Assembly (NCBI GenBank): GCA_000708835.1
Contig: DF237036.1
Location: 1 to 64,000 of the forward strand
Origin: Klebsormidium nitens
Lineage: Eukaryota; Plantae; Klebsormidiophyceae
Length of the DNA stretch: 64,000 nt
Direction: 5' to 3'
Positions 36,338-48,498 of the stretch are shown piece after piece. Each line of letters opens with the position of its first letter. Within the stretch, counting starts at the first letter, position 1. Made by a program: the position numbers and the translations under genes. Below the pieces are notes generated by a model. It was given only the letters and a program-made list of their open reading frames with translations. It was not told the DNA's origin and did not search any database.

Positions 36338-39300
36338 ATGGATCTTTGCTCTTCGACATTGCTTTCAATCAGGGCTCCAATGTCTTTAACGAGGCATAGA
36401 AGCAATCACTTTCTTTTGAATGCGACTAAAAATGTGTCGGATGCTGTGCCCCAAGCAAGGAACCACAATGTGATGGGCTGGCATTATTCCATAGGAGCTG
36501 TACTTGCTGGGGGACCCATGCTGACTAGACAAACAGATTGCCAAAAGATTCATCTTGTGGTCTTGAAGTCAGAAAGTTTCTGCAGAAAGCTTCAAGGGAA
36601 GTCCTCACTTGGAAGCTCATACAGGCAAAGGTTTTGTAAGAAAAGCTCAAGAGGTGCAAGTAGCAATGTGGAGGGTATACCGGAGGAGTTAAGTCGTATG
36701 GAAGAAGCGGCATCCGTTTCACCGGCGTTTCCAGCGGAGTTCAAGTCCAGAAAGAGCGCTGATGTGGTGAGTTTGGTGCGCTTGGTTGCCCAGCGAAATC
36801 AGGACCTTGAGTTTGTGTTAGGTAGATACAATCTAAAGATATACCTTGAAACTAGGAAATCAAGCCAAAGACACAAAGAATACGGTCTTTGGAGACTTTT
36901 GCTGTCAATCAACTGGTCGTTGACGCTTTTGTTACAGGTTCTGGGATGATGTTGCATTCTTACTCTTGATAACTAGGTTTAAGCATATGAGCTTCCCCTG
37001 TTGATTGCAGGACGACGCTGTTGAGTAATATCTTCAAAAGGAGGTTCGAGGATATTTCAGCGAGTACAAAGAGCTGTTGATTTTGTATTCTATCCCTTTC
37101 TCTGCTAGAACGATAGGGACAGCGTCTAAACACCGGATCCAAGTAGTTTTCTCCCCGCTCGCTTCATAATAATCAGGTGCTTCATGCTGTCACATCAAAG
37201 TGTAAACTGCTCTTAATGCCCGGTTCCCATGCGTCCAATTTGGCGTGGTTAGGCTGGTTTTGTCCTACGTGGCAGGTCCGAAACCTGCGGGACGAATGTG
37301 AACGCTGTTTTCGAAACCGTGGTCGACCAAGCGCAGTTTCTGCCGGTTGGCCGAAACCAGCGAATACTCGCCATTTTGAAAACCAGATATCAAAGCTGCG
37401 TGTTCGTGGTTTTGGTCAACTTTCGGTCGCGGTTTTCGATTGAGAGTGCGACCGACGACCAAAACCGGTGGTTTTCGCCGCTCCATGTGAACGCCTATAA
37501 CCAGACACCCGCTGGTCGGCTCTGCGACCGGCAAAGTCGACGGTGTTTTCACGCTCGTGGTTTTCATGAAAACACCACCTTCTTTGGTCAGTTTTGGCTG
37601 GTTTCGGAAGTTCACGAAGAGGCATGTGAACCGGGCATAAAGGTAATCGATTTTTAGTACTGAAGACAAAGCCAGAGCCATCAGGAACGAGATGCAATAG
37701 GAGGACCTGATGTCCAAATTCCTAGTTCTTGACGCACCGAGGACACAGCAATTGAGGTTTCTTGCCATGAGCGCATTCATAAAACACCGTCCTTACACGG
37801 GTGGGGTAAGTCGAAGGGTTTTTACGGGTCAGTAAAAGTCTGGATGTACAGGTCTGGATTACGTACATCGCAAGGTTCAAGTGTCAGCTTCATCTCTGAT
37901 CGTCCACTTGTGTTCGTCAATCAAGAAGGTCATCTTTACTTTTTGCAGCTGATCAGTGGATTTGTGCTGTCTTATCAAGAAAGTGTCTATATATTTCGCA
38001 GGTACGAGACGAGATTCTGGCGTGTTACGAGTTGGTCGAGCGTTTGGGACGGGGTGTAGTTTACTTGGGCTCCTCCCGAGTGCCGCAGGACCACCCGCAC
38101 TTCATCCGCGCACAGTCTTTGAGCAAGCAGGTGAAATTCAGTTCGCTCCGACCCTTTTACTTGCTCCAATAACATGCACCCCTGCCAATAAGAATAAGAG
38201 GGCAAAGGAAGGATTGGACGGAATCAGGAAAAATTACCGTTTCAGAAAGGGTTTCTGCTATGTTGTCTGCGGAGTGTTAAGATAGTGCGCCGGCCGTATT
38301 GATGGATACTGTTAGTTTGCAAGCACGTGCACCAACAGCTCATCCCATGTCGGCCACAGTGACGTTTGCTTGTCGTTTGCTGATGTTTCCTGCTTGTCTT
38401 TTTGCCAGATGGTCAGACCTTACTTACCCCTTCTCCTCATTGTAATGCGGAGGCTTCAGCTTAACCTTATATTAATCTTGATTTTCCGGATGATATTTCC
38501 AGGCAAATGACTGGGTGATCGCAGTTCTGCACATAGTTCTCTATCCCACTTCGTTCTTTTGCCATCCTGTGATTCTGATTCGACCTTTGTTTGGTACACT
38601 TCTGTGCACTTCTAAGGATGCACGTCTTGGACCGAGAATCAGAGCGTAACGCACGAGGCTCTTGCAGTTAGAACTCGGCCAGATACCCCTCAGCCGAACC
38701 TTCGGCTGACCTTCGGATGTAAGGAGTCTCGATCGGAATTACACGATTCTACTGGGCCAGTATCCGGGCAGTATACATCCTGAGAAAGAGGCTGTTATTG
38801 GGGGTGCTGAGAAAGACGCTGTGCTGATTGATAGTCGCCTCTTTTTTGCCTTTTGATTGCGTCAATTTGGCCTGTACAACGTGGACGCACGTCAGCCCGA
38901 AGTTCATAACGCAGCAGCAAAAAGCCCCTGGCAGGCAGAAAACTCCGCCCGTCAGAATTGTCAGCGAAACTCCTTGAGAGATTCTCCTTTTGGGAATCTT
39001 CTTTGACATCGCCTGTGTAATCTGGACAGGCTCCCAACCGCCTTTGCTGTGCCGCCTTCTTAAACGTGGAATTCGGAAGAATGCACCGCCACAGATCAGC
39101 AAAAGCTTCTAACGGGCGCCACCGCGGAAGACACTCTGAACGTTGTAGATGACAGAAAATTGCCTGACATAAGCCTACCCTTTCGGTTCTGGAAACAAAA
39201 GCACTACTTAAACCGCCTAAGTTGTTCCATTCCGTCTTTCTCAGATTGCGGAGTTGTTAGACTGTACCACATGGATTGGAATCGGACCAGGGCTGATGGA

Positions 39301-40977
39301 CACAGCTGCGAACACCTCAGACGTCGCAAGAGCGCAGCAATCAGCCTGTCATAAGCCAGCCTTCTCGCACGCTTGGACCACTAGGAGATAGCTGACGGTG
39401 TTGCTCGTTTTCTTTCAGACTGCAGGTTGCTAAACTGTACTACCTGGACCGGTACCGGACCAGGGCTGATTGCCGCTGCCGCAAAAGACTCTCAAAAGCG
39501 TTGCAAACACCCAGCAATCAGCCAGCCATACACCAGCCTCTCACTTTGAAGATCAGAAAATGAATTGACCGTTTGAATTGCTTTTTCTTTCTCAGATCGC
39601 AGAGTTGTTGGACTGCACCACGTGGACCGGCATCGGACCCGGGCTGATGGACGCGGCGGCGAAGGGCGCGCTTCCCACTGGGAAACCCGTCGGCGGTTTC
39701 AAGATCTTCCGGGAGAGCGGGCAATGGCAGTCGCAGGGTTCCTACGTGCATCCGTATCTACCGAAGGAGAACTACATCGTTTGCAGGTGGGTAAATCAGA
39801 TTCAGGGCTGGGTTCGGTTCGTCGTTTTGTTCTGGAGCGCAAGCAATCTGAAAGTTGCAAGCGCGCAATGACAAAGGCGCTACTGTGCATATGCATGTGT
39901 CGTAGGATATCCTTGTGCTGTAAGTGAACGTATCTACACGGGTCTGAGTGCACTCCTGCGCTGCTATTTGAACCAGTGTGCGGAATCGCAAGGCGGGGCC
40001 TATACTTGTAACCCAACCTCAAGAAGAACCCAAAAAAGTCCGGCTCTTTGGACTTACCGTGTCGAATGTGGCGCTCGTTCGGCTTCGTCTGTTGGTCTTG
40101 CTGCTCAGATTTGTAACAGACCGAGCGCCTGACCGCTCCAAGTTGCTTCACAGAGCTGATGTTCTTTGACGGATTAGCAGTCTAAGTTACCGAGCTGCCC
40201 TTAAAAAACTTGGTCGAGCTCGGGCGATGAGCTCAAGTCTGGGAAGGTGGGTTAAGGGCTGCTGGTTCGTAGCTGCTGACATGGACTCCTGATTGGCTGG
40301 GATATACGTTAGTTTCTCTCCGCTTCGTTGCGTTTGCAGCGTGTTCCTCCGATCCGCGGTTGTTTCTTTGGCCAGGCAGGCCTTAACTTCGTTCAGAAGG
40401 CGACCTTACTTGGAACGAGACAACGCATTCGTCCAATCTGCATTTTCTGGGCCACTGGAACGTAGGGAAAATGGCGGAACGGATTTGAGGACAGACATTC
40501 AGCAAAAAGAGCGGCAAAGGAAATTTCCTTTGAAGCCAGAACACGGACCTGTGCAAAGGTTTTTCAAATTTGTGACTTACTCTCCGTATCCGCAGATTCT
40601 TCTCTGCTCGGAAGCACGGACTCGTCGATGCAGGGGTCCGTCTTTGCGAGTCCGATCGGACGGCCTTCGTTGCTTTGCCCGGAGGAGTAGGTACTCTCGA
40701 CGAGATGTTCGAGATTCTTGCCCTCATCCAGTTAGAAAGGCTTGGGTCAGTACACCCGGTTCCGTTTCTGGTCATGAACTACGATAACGTTTTTGACGGC
40801 CTAATGGAGTTTCTGAAAAGCTGTATAGAGTACGGGTCGGTGAGAGAGGGAGAAGTTGATTCGTTGTGGAAGGTGTGTAGTACAAATGAAGAAGCACTCA
40901 AGTACCTGCGAGACTTTTACAACGTTCCTGACAAACATTCCGGACCTTTTGCGGACCATGCCGCGGGCAATGAGTAA
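36338..40977 (+). CDS. LOG / lysine-decarboxylase-like family protein (plant At1g50575-like), probable organellar transit peptide
   Basis: Exons 36338-36766, 38002-38130, 39596-39786 and 40596-40977 give ...SRKSADVVRDEILACYELVERLGRGVVYLGSSR...LLDCTTWTGIGPGLMDA...RFFSARKHGLVDA...PGGVGTLDEMFE (LOG-family PGGxGTxxE motif). Start codon choice is uncertain. Confidence 0.9.
37351..37607. mobile_element. MITE-like fold-back element in LOG intron 1
   Basis: Imperfect 22-bp terminal inverted repeats (ccgaaaccagcgaatactcgcc vs revcomp ccgaaaccagccaaaactgacc), internal hairpin ggttttggtc..cggtcgc / gcgaccg..gaccaaaacc, and perfect palindrome gttttcatgaaaac. No target-site duplication identified. Confidence 0.45.
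39225..39500 (+). repeat. Acceptor-side echoes of LOG exon 39596-39786
   Basis: ttctcag|IAELLDCTTWIGIGPGLMDTAA at 39245 and tttcag|...LNCTTWTGTGPGLIAAAAK at ~39418. Confidence 0.9.
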
Positions 40978-42772
40978 CACGTGAAAGCTGTATGAACGCA
41001 CCAATATAGTTTAGAATATTCAAGATTGAGGCTCGCTTAGGCAGAAGAAGGATCATGCAGTCAATGACAAGCCGGCGAGATTCGTTGTGTGAACTGGCAC
41101 GGATCCTAAGCACGATCTCAGAGTCTCGCCTCCAATACATGCATGCACTACTAAGAGGCCGCGCCGTGGGGACTCGTCTAGTTTTACTAACACAGTCATG
41201 TCGGTCGGACGGGTCGAATCGATCATGTTAGCGGACCTTCATCGTCCTCAATATGCACGTTGGCATGTCAGTGGCAGCAGCACGGCCCTCGCGGGCCATG
41301 CAAGGCGGGCGGCGCTAATTATGATATACCCCGGCGTCCTTCGGGAGACAACCATTGAATGATATACTCCTTATAAGCAGGCTTTGGCCGAATATGGCTG
41401 GCCGCCCATAAGGATTGCTATTGAAATCTGTGCATGCAATGATGAGTGCTCCTGGGCCCACCCGGGAAAACCCGCACGGTAATTTTAGATACGTACGGAC
41501 GTACGTACAGTGAGGATGTGGAAGGCCGGCCGGGCGCCATGGTCAACGTGACCGCCCTCTGGTCGACCGCGTGCGCGCGTCACCGTGAAGTTAAATGCAG
41601 ATAAGAACCATATAGCGCAGGCGGGGCGCGCCTGGCAGCCTCTGGTTGCGAAGAAGCAGGTTCCAACTTTGTTACGTACATGCTTTATCGGTTTAGGGCG
41701 CTATTGCCCCACTATTGCCAGACGGAAGCTTGCTTGATCAACGTCGGCGTCCATTCTGAGTGTTTCAATTGTAAGATTATATCCAAGTACGTCTGACCGT
41801 CGAGCTAGTCAGGCCCGGCAACCATTCGCGGTGATTTGGCGGTTGAATTTCAGTAGGTTTCCTTTATGCTCGAATGTAAAGTTGATCATGTCATATGATT
41901 TGATAGAACTGTAGGCGCGTCCGAGCCAAGTTTGATTGTGCAGGCGTTTGCAAGAACTAAAGACTTGCCAAATAGCGCTGCCACAAATCGCTCATGGCTC
42001 GGCGCGTGACAGCAAAATCTGATCGAGCTGGTAATATCTAGTGGCTCTGAACCAGAAGGATCCATCCAGCACGGCCGAGCCGGACCGCCCAGGTTTCAAG
42101 CGGACGCGCGCACAGACCGATGCGTTTGAAGAGTAAATGATCAATCCGGATCATAAAGTGCACCAAAAATGACATTCTCAATGAGCTCATGAGGCAGCGC
42201 TCAGGTTCATGGTTGAACTGCGGCGGCCCTGGAAACCACTTGCATAAACACCACAGATATTCAATCCACATACATTGGCAGCGTTCAACGATGATGTTTT
42301 TGACCATACGGGTTACTTTGACTTTGTGGCCGTTTTTAGTCCAGATCAAGATTGTCGTCTCCTTGACCAACCGGGAACGCTGATAATAAATACGCCCGTC
42401 TCAGTACGTGCATGAACCTGACAGGGCTTTTGGCCTGCATGCTGAACGGGCTTTTGCGATCGCACCTCTCACGTCTGCGTGTATAACGTCAATCCAGTTC
42501 ATTTCAGTGAAGTTTTCAATGATCGGCAGCTTGCCAGACTTAACAACGAGCGAAAGCATTGCATATGGCCGGGTCGGATCAGCTTGTTGAGAATACAAGA
42601 CGAAGTGAAGGAGGTTTCTGAAAATGAATGCCTCTAGCACCAGTGACTATTGCTGTAAGATCCTCTCTCACCAGTTCGTCGTATCGTACTAGCTAGCAAA
42701 AGCATAATGTTTTCAACGAGGTAACAGCAAAAACTTGAGATCGTCTTCACATTTTAGAGGAACAAGGGCACG

Positions 42773-43546
42773 CTACTTTTCAATCGGAAAAACATACAGC
42801 TCCGCCTCTTCGCCGGCAAATCCTTGGCGCCGCTTTGGTTTGCGGTGGATCTCACAACCTGGCAGCTTGAACGGGACCTCTGAGCTGTGTTTTGTTGCTC
42901 TGTCGAAGTGCGAGGTCACCCCACGCGTGATCTCGTATCCGGACAGTACGGACCGCTTGACCTCCATGTTCAGGTCCCAAACGGTTCCAAACCCTTCTAT
43001 AAACTCTCGCATATGAAACGGGTACAGCTCCTTCCCTACCCCCGGCTTGGCCGCATTCTTTTGAACCTGATCTTCAGATACCACGCCCCAACCAAACTCT
43101 GCCACGTCAAACGGTTTTGCAGCCGGAGCGAGGATCAGGCCCGGGGACAGCTTATTGAGCGACAAAAGGAACGGAACCCGCTTGATGAAAATTCCCAACC
43201 CGGCGCCCCTTCCCGGAAGAATCGCTTGCACCTCCTTCGTGCATTTGAAGCTCACGACTTCCAAGTACCGGGGCACTGCGTACAGCTTTTTGAATCCCCC
43301 CACAAAGGTTACAAGAGTTGCGAGCCCCTCTAGCGGAATATCCGGCCAGCGCGCCCGGCAGATCTCCTTCCAGAGGGGGCCAGCGGAGCCCGCGGCGTTG
43401 AACGCGCGGCACAGGCAGCAAGCGCGCGCGAGCGCGCGCGCGTCCTTGTGGCCAAGACTGGTGATAACGGGCACCAGGATCTGCTCGCTACATATGATGC
43501 CTTGGTCTTCAAGCTCGGCACTTGATTTGACTTTCTTCTCGTCCAT
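42773..43546 (-). CDS. F-box-like protein
   Basis: ORF with ILVPVITSL...LARACCLCRAF...PLWKEICRARWP, the typical plant F-box C-terminal half. A possible GTATGT donor near the 3' end leaves the C-terminus uncertain. Confidence 0.7.
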   Translation of the reverse strand: MDEKKVKSSAELEDQGIICSEQILVPVITSLGHKDARALARACCLCRAFNAAGSAGPLWKEICRARWPDIPLEGLATLVTFVGGFKKLYAVPRYLEVVSFKCTKEVQAILPGRGAGLGIFIKRVPFLLSLNKLSPGLILAPAAKPFDVAEFGWGVVSEDQVQKNAAKPGVGKELYPFHMREFIEGFGTVWDLNMEVKRSVLSGYEITRGVTSHFDRATKHSSEVPFKLPGCEIHRKPKRRQGFAGEEAELYVFPIEK

Positions 43547-45958
43547 CGTGGAAAACTGCAGAAGGTAAGAGGGAATCAGGGGCGTCAAGGCGCCAGATCA
43601 ACTGGCGCACGTCTGCCATAGAGAGGACAATGACAAAGACGCACCATTGTGATCACAAGATCAATGAATCTGAATTGCTTTCGAATCTCGTTGTTGGGGG
43701 TGACAGACAGGAGAAGTTCCAGAAATCCGCTTCTTTTGTAAACCCCTTTTTTTCCGAAAGTGAATATATCATTCAGCTGAAGCACTTCTTTGATGCCATC
43801 ACGCATCGGTAGTATACGTATGAAGAGGACACTAATAAGGGGCTGCCTGGCCATCTTTCATTGTGCTGTCCGGTCATTCTGTACAGCCAACCCACAATTG
43901 CACTACTCAAGGGAGGGTGGCGTCACGATGCAGTGACGGATGCTAATCCTCACGTGCGCACAGTCTGCCATACCCGGCGGAACATGCCATTGAAAGTGCC
44001 TCAACACCTGGTCCTAGGCCTCCCATATTATCATTAGGGATCTGAGGGCTTCTCTCCTCGTCTCAGCGCATTGCTGGAAGATCAGATAAGAGCAAAGTTT
44101 GTCAAAACGGCAAGAAACACGTGGTGTTTCGCACATCTGAAATCTGGGATCAAATCTAGTACAAGGTTCTTTGGTGACACTTCAAGCAGGATCTTGAACA
44201 CGCAAGGATAGGGAGCGATCAACACTGTACAAAAACTGATCCTGACGTTGAATGATATGTTGCTTTACTCTCACCTTTGGAAGAATTTGGTGCACAGCCT
44301 GTAAGGCTGTGTCGTTTGCAGTCCACTTCAGGAGCTCCAGAGCTTATCTGGACTAGAGTCGAGTCCTTTTCCTAGGCGCCAGGCGCTCCCACTTACCATG
44401 CAGTACCTCCTTGATTTGCAGTCGTCCTCCGTCACCGCGGGCGCCAATCCTTCTCGCGCGCACGCGCCACTGTCCTACGCTTCCAGCAAGGGCCGCGAAG
44501 CGCGCGAAGGGTTTGAAGGTTTGCGCCTCGGACGCGTCAGGGCGCGTGCCGCGTCCGCATATGTCCAAACCTTCGTACGGACGCGGGGCGCGGGGCTGTC
44601 GCGGCCGGCGCCGCGCGCTGAAATTCGGTGGCAAATCTTGCAGGCAGTCAACAATAACAGTCGTCACAGGCGGGCCGGTAAGCATCATGCATCATCCTTC
44701 ATCTCTGAGTGCAGGGCTCTTCTGACCATGTCAAGCAGGATCAGCTGGAACGACGTAGGCACGAGCTGATTTCAGTACTAGATTCGAAGACAGTGTTTGT
44801 CAGGTTTCAATCCATGGGGATACTTGGCCCCCAACAACCTGCTTGTCGCCGCTATTTCAACGGCACTTTGCAACATTGCTGGTTGAATCTTGAATCTTTG
44901 AAGGCTCCTAGGCCACTTTATAAAGATAAAAAGATAAGAGGCCCTGCTGGCTGGCCGGCTGGTTTTGAAAGCACGTTCACACAGAAACAGACGTACAAGG
45001 TCCAAGTCGTGACCGGGAGGCTTCGCATGCAAGTTCGTGTCATCTGAAGAGTGGCGTCACAAATCTCAGGTGCTTGCTCGAGAATATATGGCATTTGTAA
45101 GAGTTCCGTTGTACGGCGCATCACTGTTAGCTCTGTCGAAGCTGGGTTGTTGATATAGCGTATATACGACCAACACACAAAGTTGGGAGCGGACGCATTG
45201 ATGCAGCAAATGGATACCGAGCTCGGTGTCCGGCGGTCCAACTTGTATAGCTCTTGCGTGTGACGAAAGAACTCGTGGAATTAGGCGCTAGTGCCATGTC
45301 CGACGAGTCGTCTGGTCAACCGAGAACTTCTACGAGGTTGTCCAGTCACCTTCATGTTGAATGATATGCCGGCTTGAGTGAATACTCAAATGAAGCCCGG
45401 CCTTCCGATGGATCCGAATCCCGTGACTTATGAATTCGAAGCATTGCATACATCATACTCGACTAGCATCCAAAAGTTCCACTTCTAGAGTAATGAATCT
45501 CCCCGACTTGAGAAAAAATCCAACTAATGCTGGTTTATACAAAGGCTTGTAGCATCTCTTACGATTGCATCATAGACGAAACAACTCTTCGGTTGACACC
45601 ATATAGCTGAAATTTCCATCAGGAAATCACGGAACTGAGTGAGGACAACTAAACGTCTAAACGGAACATCTAGTCGTTGTTTCAAGGGAAATCTTAATCC
45701 GTGCCGGTCTGTCAGTGCAACATGAGCTGCACTTCCGTGACTTCCCTGGCGGGCTTTTCTTACGAGCGACGTAACAAAAGAGATTGTACAAACTTAAGCA
45801 AGTCCCTTTACTTGTCATCCTCAACCAGAGAGTGTCGAGTCTGTAAGAACGGATCGAGTACATAGACGGCAGGCCTGATGCAAGGGGAACTTTCAAAATC
45901 TTGCTAGAAGCGTACTACAGTATGTGCACCACCATCCGGAAAAATGGTTGTAGCTCCC

Positions 45959-46882
45959 TTAGAATCCCCACCAGCCGGCATGTATCTTCTTTAGCTTCTC
46001 CTCCGCTTCTCGTTTCTTGGCTTCCCAGTACTGCTCCTCTCCGGTGCGTACCACTCCAGGAAACTCTTCCGCTGGCAGCGCGTCGGCTGTTTCGAACGCG
46101 TGAATGTTGCACAGAATCTTCAAGAGGTCCCTCTCTCCCAGCTTGGTTGCAATATGCGCCAGTTCTTCGACGTCAGGGTTGGCCCAGTCCAAGTCTCCCA
46201 TGCTCGGGCTGATTTCCCCCGTGTACACGATCTTGATGTAGCGCTTGACGGCAGCAAAGGAGAACTCTTGCAGCAAGGTTACCTCGAACTTAGACCCATC
46301 CTCACTCCTCGTCAACGGCACGCTGAACACGTTTGGCCACAGAGTTTCTCTCCGCATATGTAGCAGCATCTTGTGACAGGGAACCGGTCTGCCGTCTTTC
46401 GTCGATATCAGCAGGTCCGCAGACTGCAAACCTTTGGGGGAAAGAAGGTTGCGGAGGTTGGACGCTAGGGAAAACCCCTGATTCATGATCAGCCGGCCCT
46501 CAATGATTGCGTCTTCTTTATAAGCCTTGAATCTAGGGACGTAAATGATGCAGCCCTCCGTGTTACTTGTTGTTCCTCCCACGTCTTGGCCGTTGACCGT
46601 AACGTCCGGATGAAACATCAGCGTCACTGGCTGCCAGCGCGCGTCATACTTTTTGTGGTACGAGTTGTAGACCCCTGCGTTGAGTATCCAGTCGTTGAGA
46701 GCACTGCGGTCCACATCTAGCTTGATGAGTGGATCGTACCAAGCTGGGACTTTGATCTGTTCTTCATGCAAGTTCGCCGGCCTGACTGCTCTAATCCTGA
46801 AGGGGACAGTCGTGCAGCAGCTTGCCTTGCAAAGTACCAAAGACGTGTCCGTTCGGCTGAGGAGCTGTCGCGTGTAGAGCAC
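45959..46882 (-). CDS. BTB/POZ-domain protein (terminal exon; 5' exons unresolved)
   Basis: ADLLISTKDGRPVPCHKMLL...FSFAAVKRYIKIVYTGEI BTB signature; acceptor ttggcag| at 46883. Confidence 0.75.
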   Translation of the reverse strand: MLYTRQLLSRTDTSLVLCKASCCTTVPFRIRAVRPANLHEEQIKVPAWYDPLIKLDVDRSALNDWILNAGVYNSYHKKYDARWQPVTLMFHPDVTVNGQDVGGTTSNTEGCIIYVPRFKAYKEDAIIEGRLIMNQGFSLASNLRNLLSPKGLQSADLLISTKDGRPVPCHKMLLHMRRETLWPNVFSVPLTRSEDGSKFEVTLLQEFSFAAVKRYIKIVYTGEISPSMGDLDWANPDVEELAHIATKLGERDLLKILCNIHAFETADALPAEEFPGVVRTGEEQYWEAKKREAEEKLKKIHAGWWGF

Positions 46883-48498
46883 CTGCCAACGCAAGAAAAG
46901 TGTCAGGGCAGTCAGGGCTGTTCTTCAGCGGCAAGTGGCTATTCTTGACTGAGCCTCCAGTCCTTTGCGTCTGAAGAGGTTTGGATCATAAGGATGATGA
47001 TGTTTTGAACAAAATCAGTTCATTGTCATGTTGGAGCTTGAAGTGGTCACAGCTTGCCTTGCATATGGTTGAGCTTCTTATAGCTTCTCCTAACCTTTGC
47101 ATACCACCCACTCATCGTCTAGGCCAAAGTAAGGTTAAGCACAGCTTTTTCCAAGCAACTGAGTGGTGGCAACTTTTGTGGAGATTTTGGGAGGTATCAC
47201 TCAATCAAAAGTCAACAAGTAACTCAGTCTGGCTAACTTCTCAAACCAAGCAAGTTTTGGTGCCCCAGAGTTGTCGCCTTCAAGTTGACAGGTCAATTGC
47301 AATCCTTGACGAAGCTGTGTCTCAGTCTGCCACCAATATGCCTTCCTAATTCTCAAATTCTCAAAAGAATACCAGTGTTTGAAGCTCGTTTGAAGCTGGC
47401 TTCAAAAGTGCAATCTGGACCAACGTGCATCAGTGCATCTGGATACCACCAGCTAGATAGATGCAGATAAGAGTATACACAGCTCTCTTGAGATTTACGA
47501 AAGCTATGGAGTTTCGCGCATCTTACTCTCTTTGATTTTCCATGTTTTAGGCCCAATGGGATCAGGCTCCGTCGCAGCTGACAGCCGGCAGGTTTGACGC
47601 CTGTTCCAAGTGCTCTTTGTGAAGCTGCGGCTTCCGTAAGTGTAGCAAAGTCGCAGGGCCGTGCTCCTGCCGCCATCTCTAAGCAGGAAATCAGCTGCGA
47701 TTTCAGGCCACTGAAGCAGTTCCACTTCTCACTGGCTCCAGGAATATACTGGTTGTGCAACAACCGAACACCGCCAGCTGCAAGTTCTGGTGCTCCTTCT
47801 GCGCTCTTTCCTTTCTTTTGAGGGTTCCTTTGAGAATGAGACCGGCGGCCATGATTTACAAGGCATTCAATGCCGCATTGCGCGCCCGCGTACCGACTAG
47901 CGCGCCCGGCCGCTGTGTCCGGTCGCGCTCGAGCGCTTCGCCACGAGCCAGCCTGTTTCTGGGTTTGGAAGGCGGACCGTAGACGGCGGCCGCGGCCACC
48001 CAAATATTGTCAATATAATACGTACCCCATCAAGGTCGGACGTCCGACGAAAATAAAATGCTGGCAAACCCTAAAATGTAGCTAGAAAGAGCTCCTCGAA
48101 AAATGAGCAGAGCTCTGACTCTGAGAATGCTGCTGAATATAGAGATGAGAAATGCAAGAGATGCATTAAAGCATCTCTTTAATGCATCTCTTGCGTTGCT
48201 GCCTGGACTCCCAGTCCTATCGAGCTAGGCCATGGCCAGGGCAATGAATGAATCAATGCCTGCTACCGGTGGCAGTCAAGAGATGACCCTTGTCAGATAG
48301 GAAGGGTCTGCTAGCTTGTAGTCACGATGCATGGTTTGCCTTGCCGTGTTCACGTAGCGCACAGGTCTTGTTGCTTGCGTAGCTGCAACTCTCCTTTCTG
48401 CCCTAGAATCCACTTCCCAACATAAGCGTTCGTCGTGATTAGACACGAGACAGGATCTTCACACAGCACCGGCAAGGGGAGGCAAGCACCAGTGTGAA

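Noticed and set aside
47353-48003. 216-aa ORF upstream of the BTB exon
   Set aside because: GC-rich promoter-like sequence with no motif or phase-supported link to the BTB exon; left unresolved.
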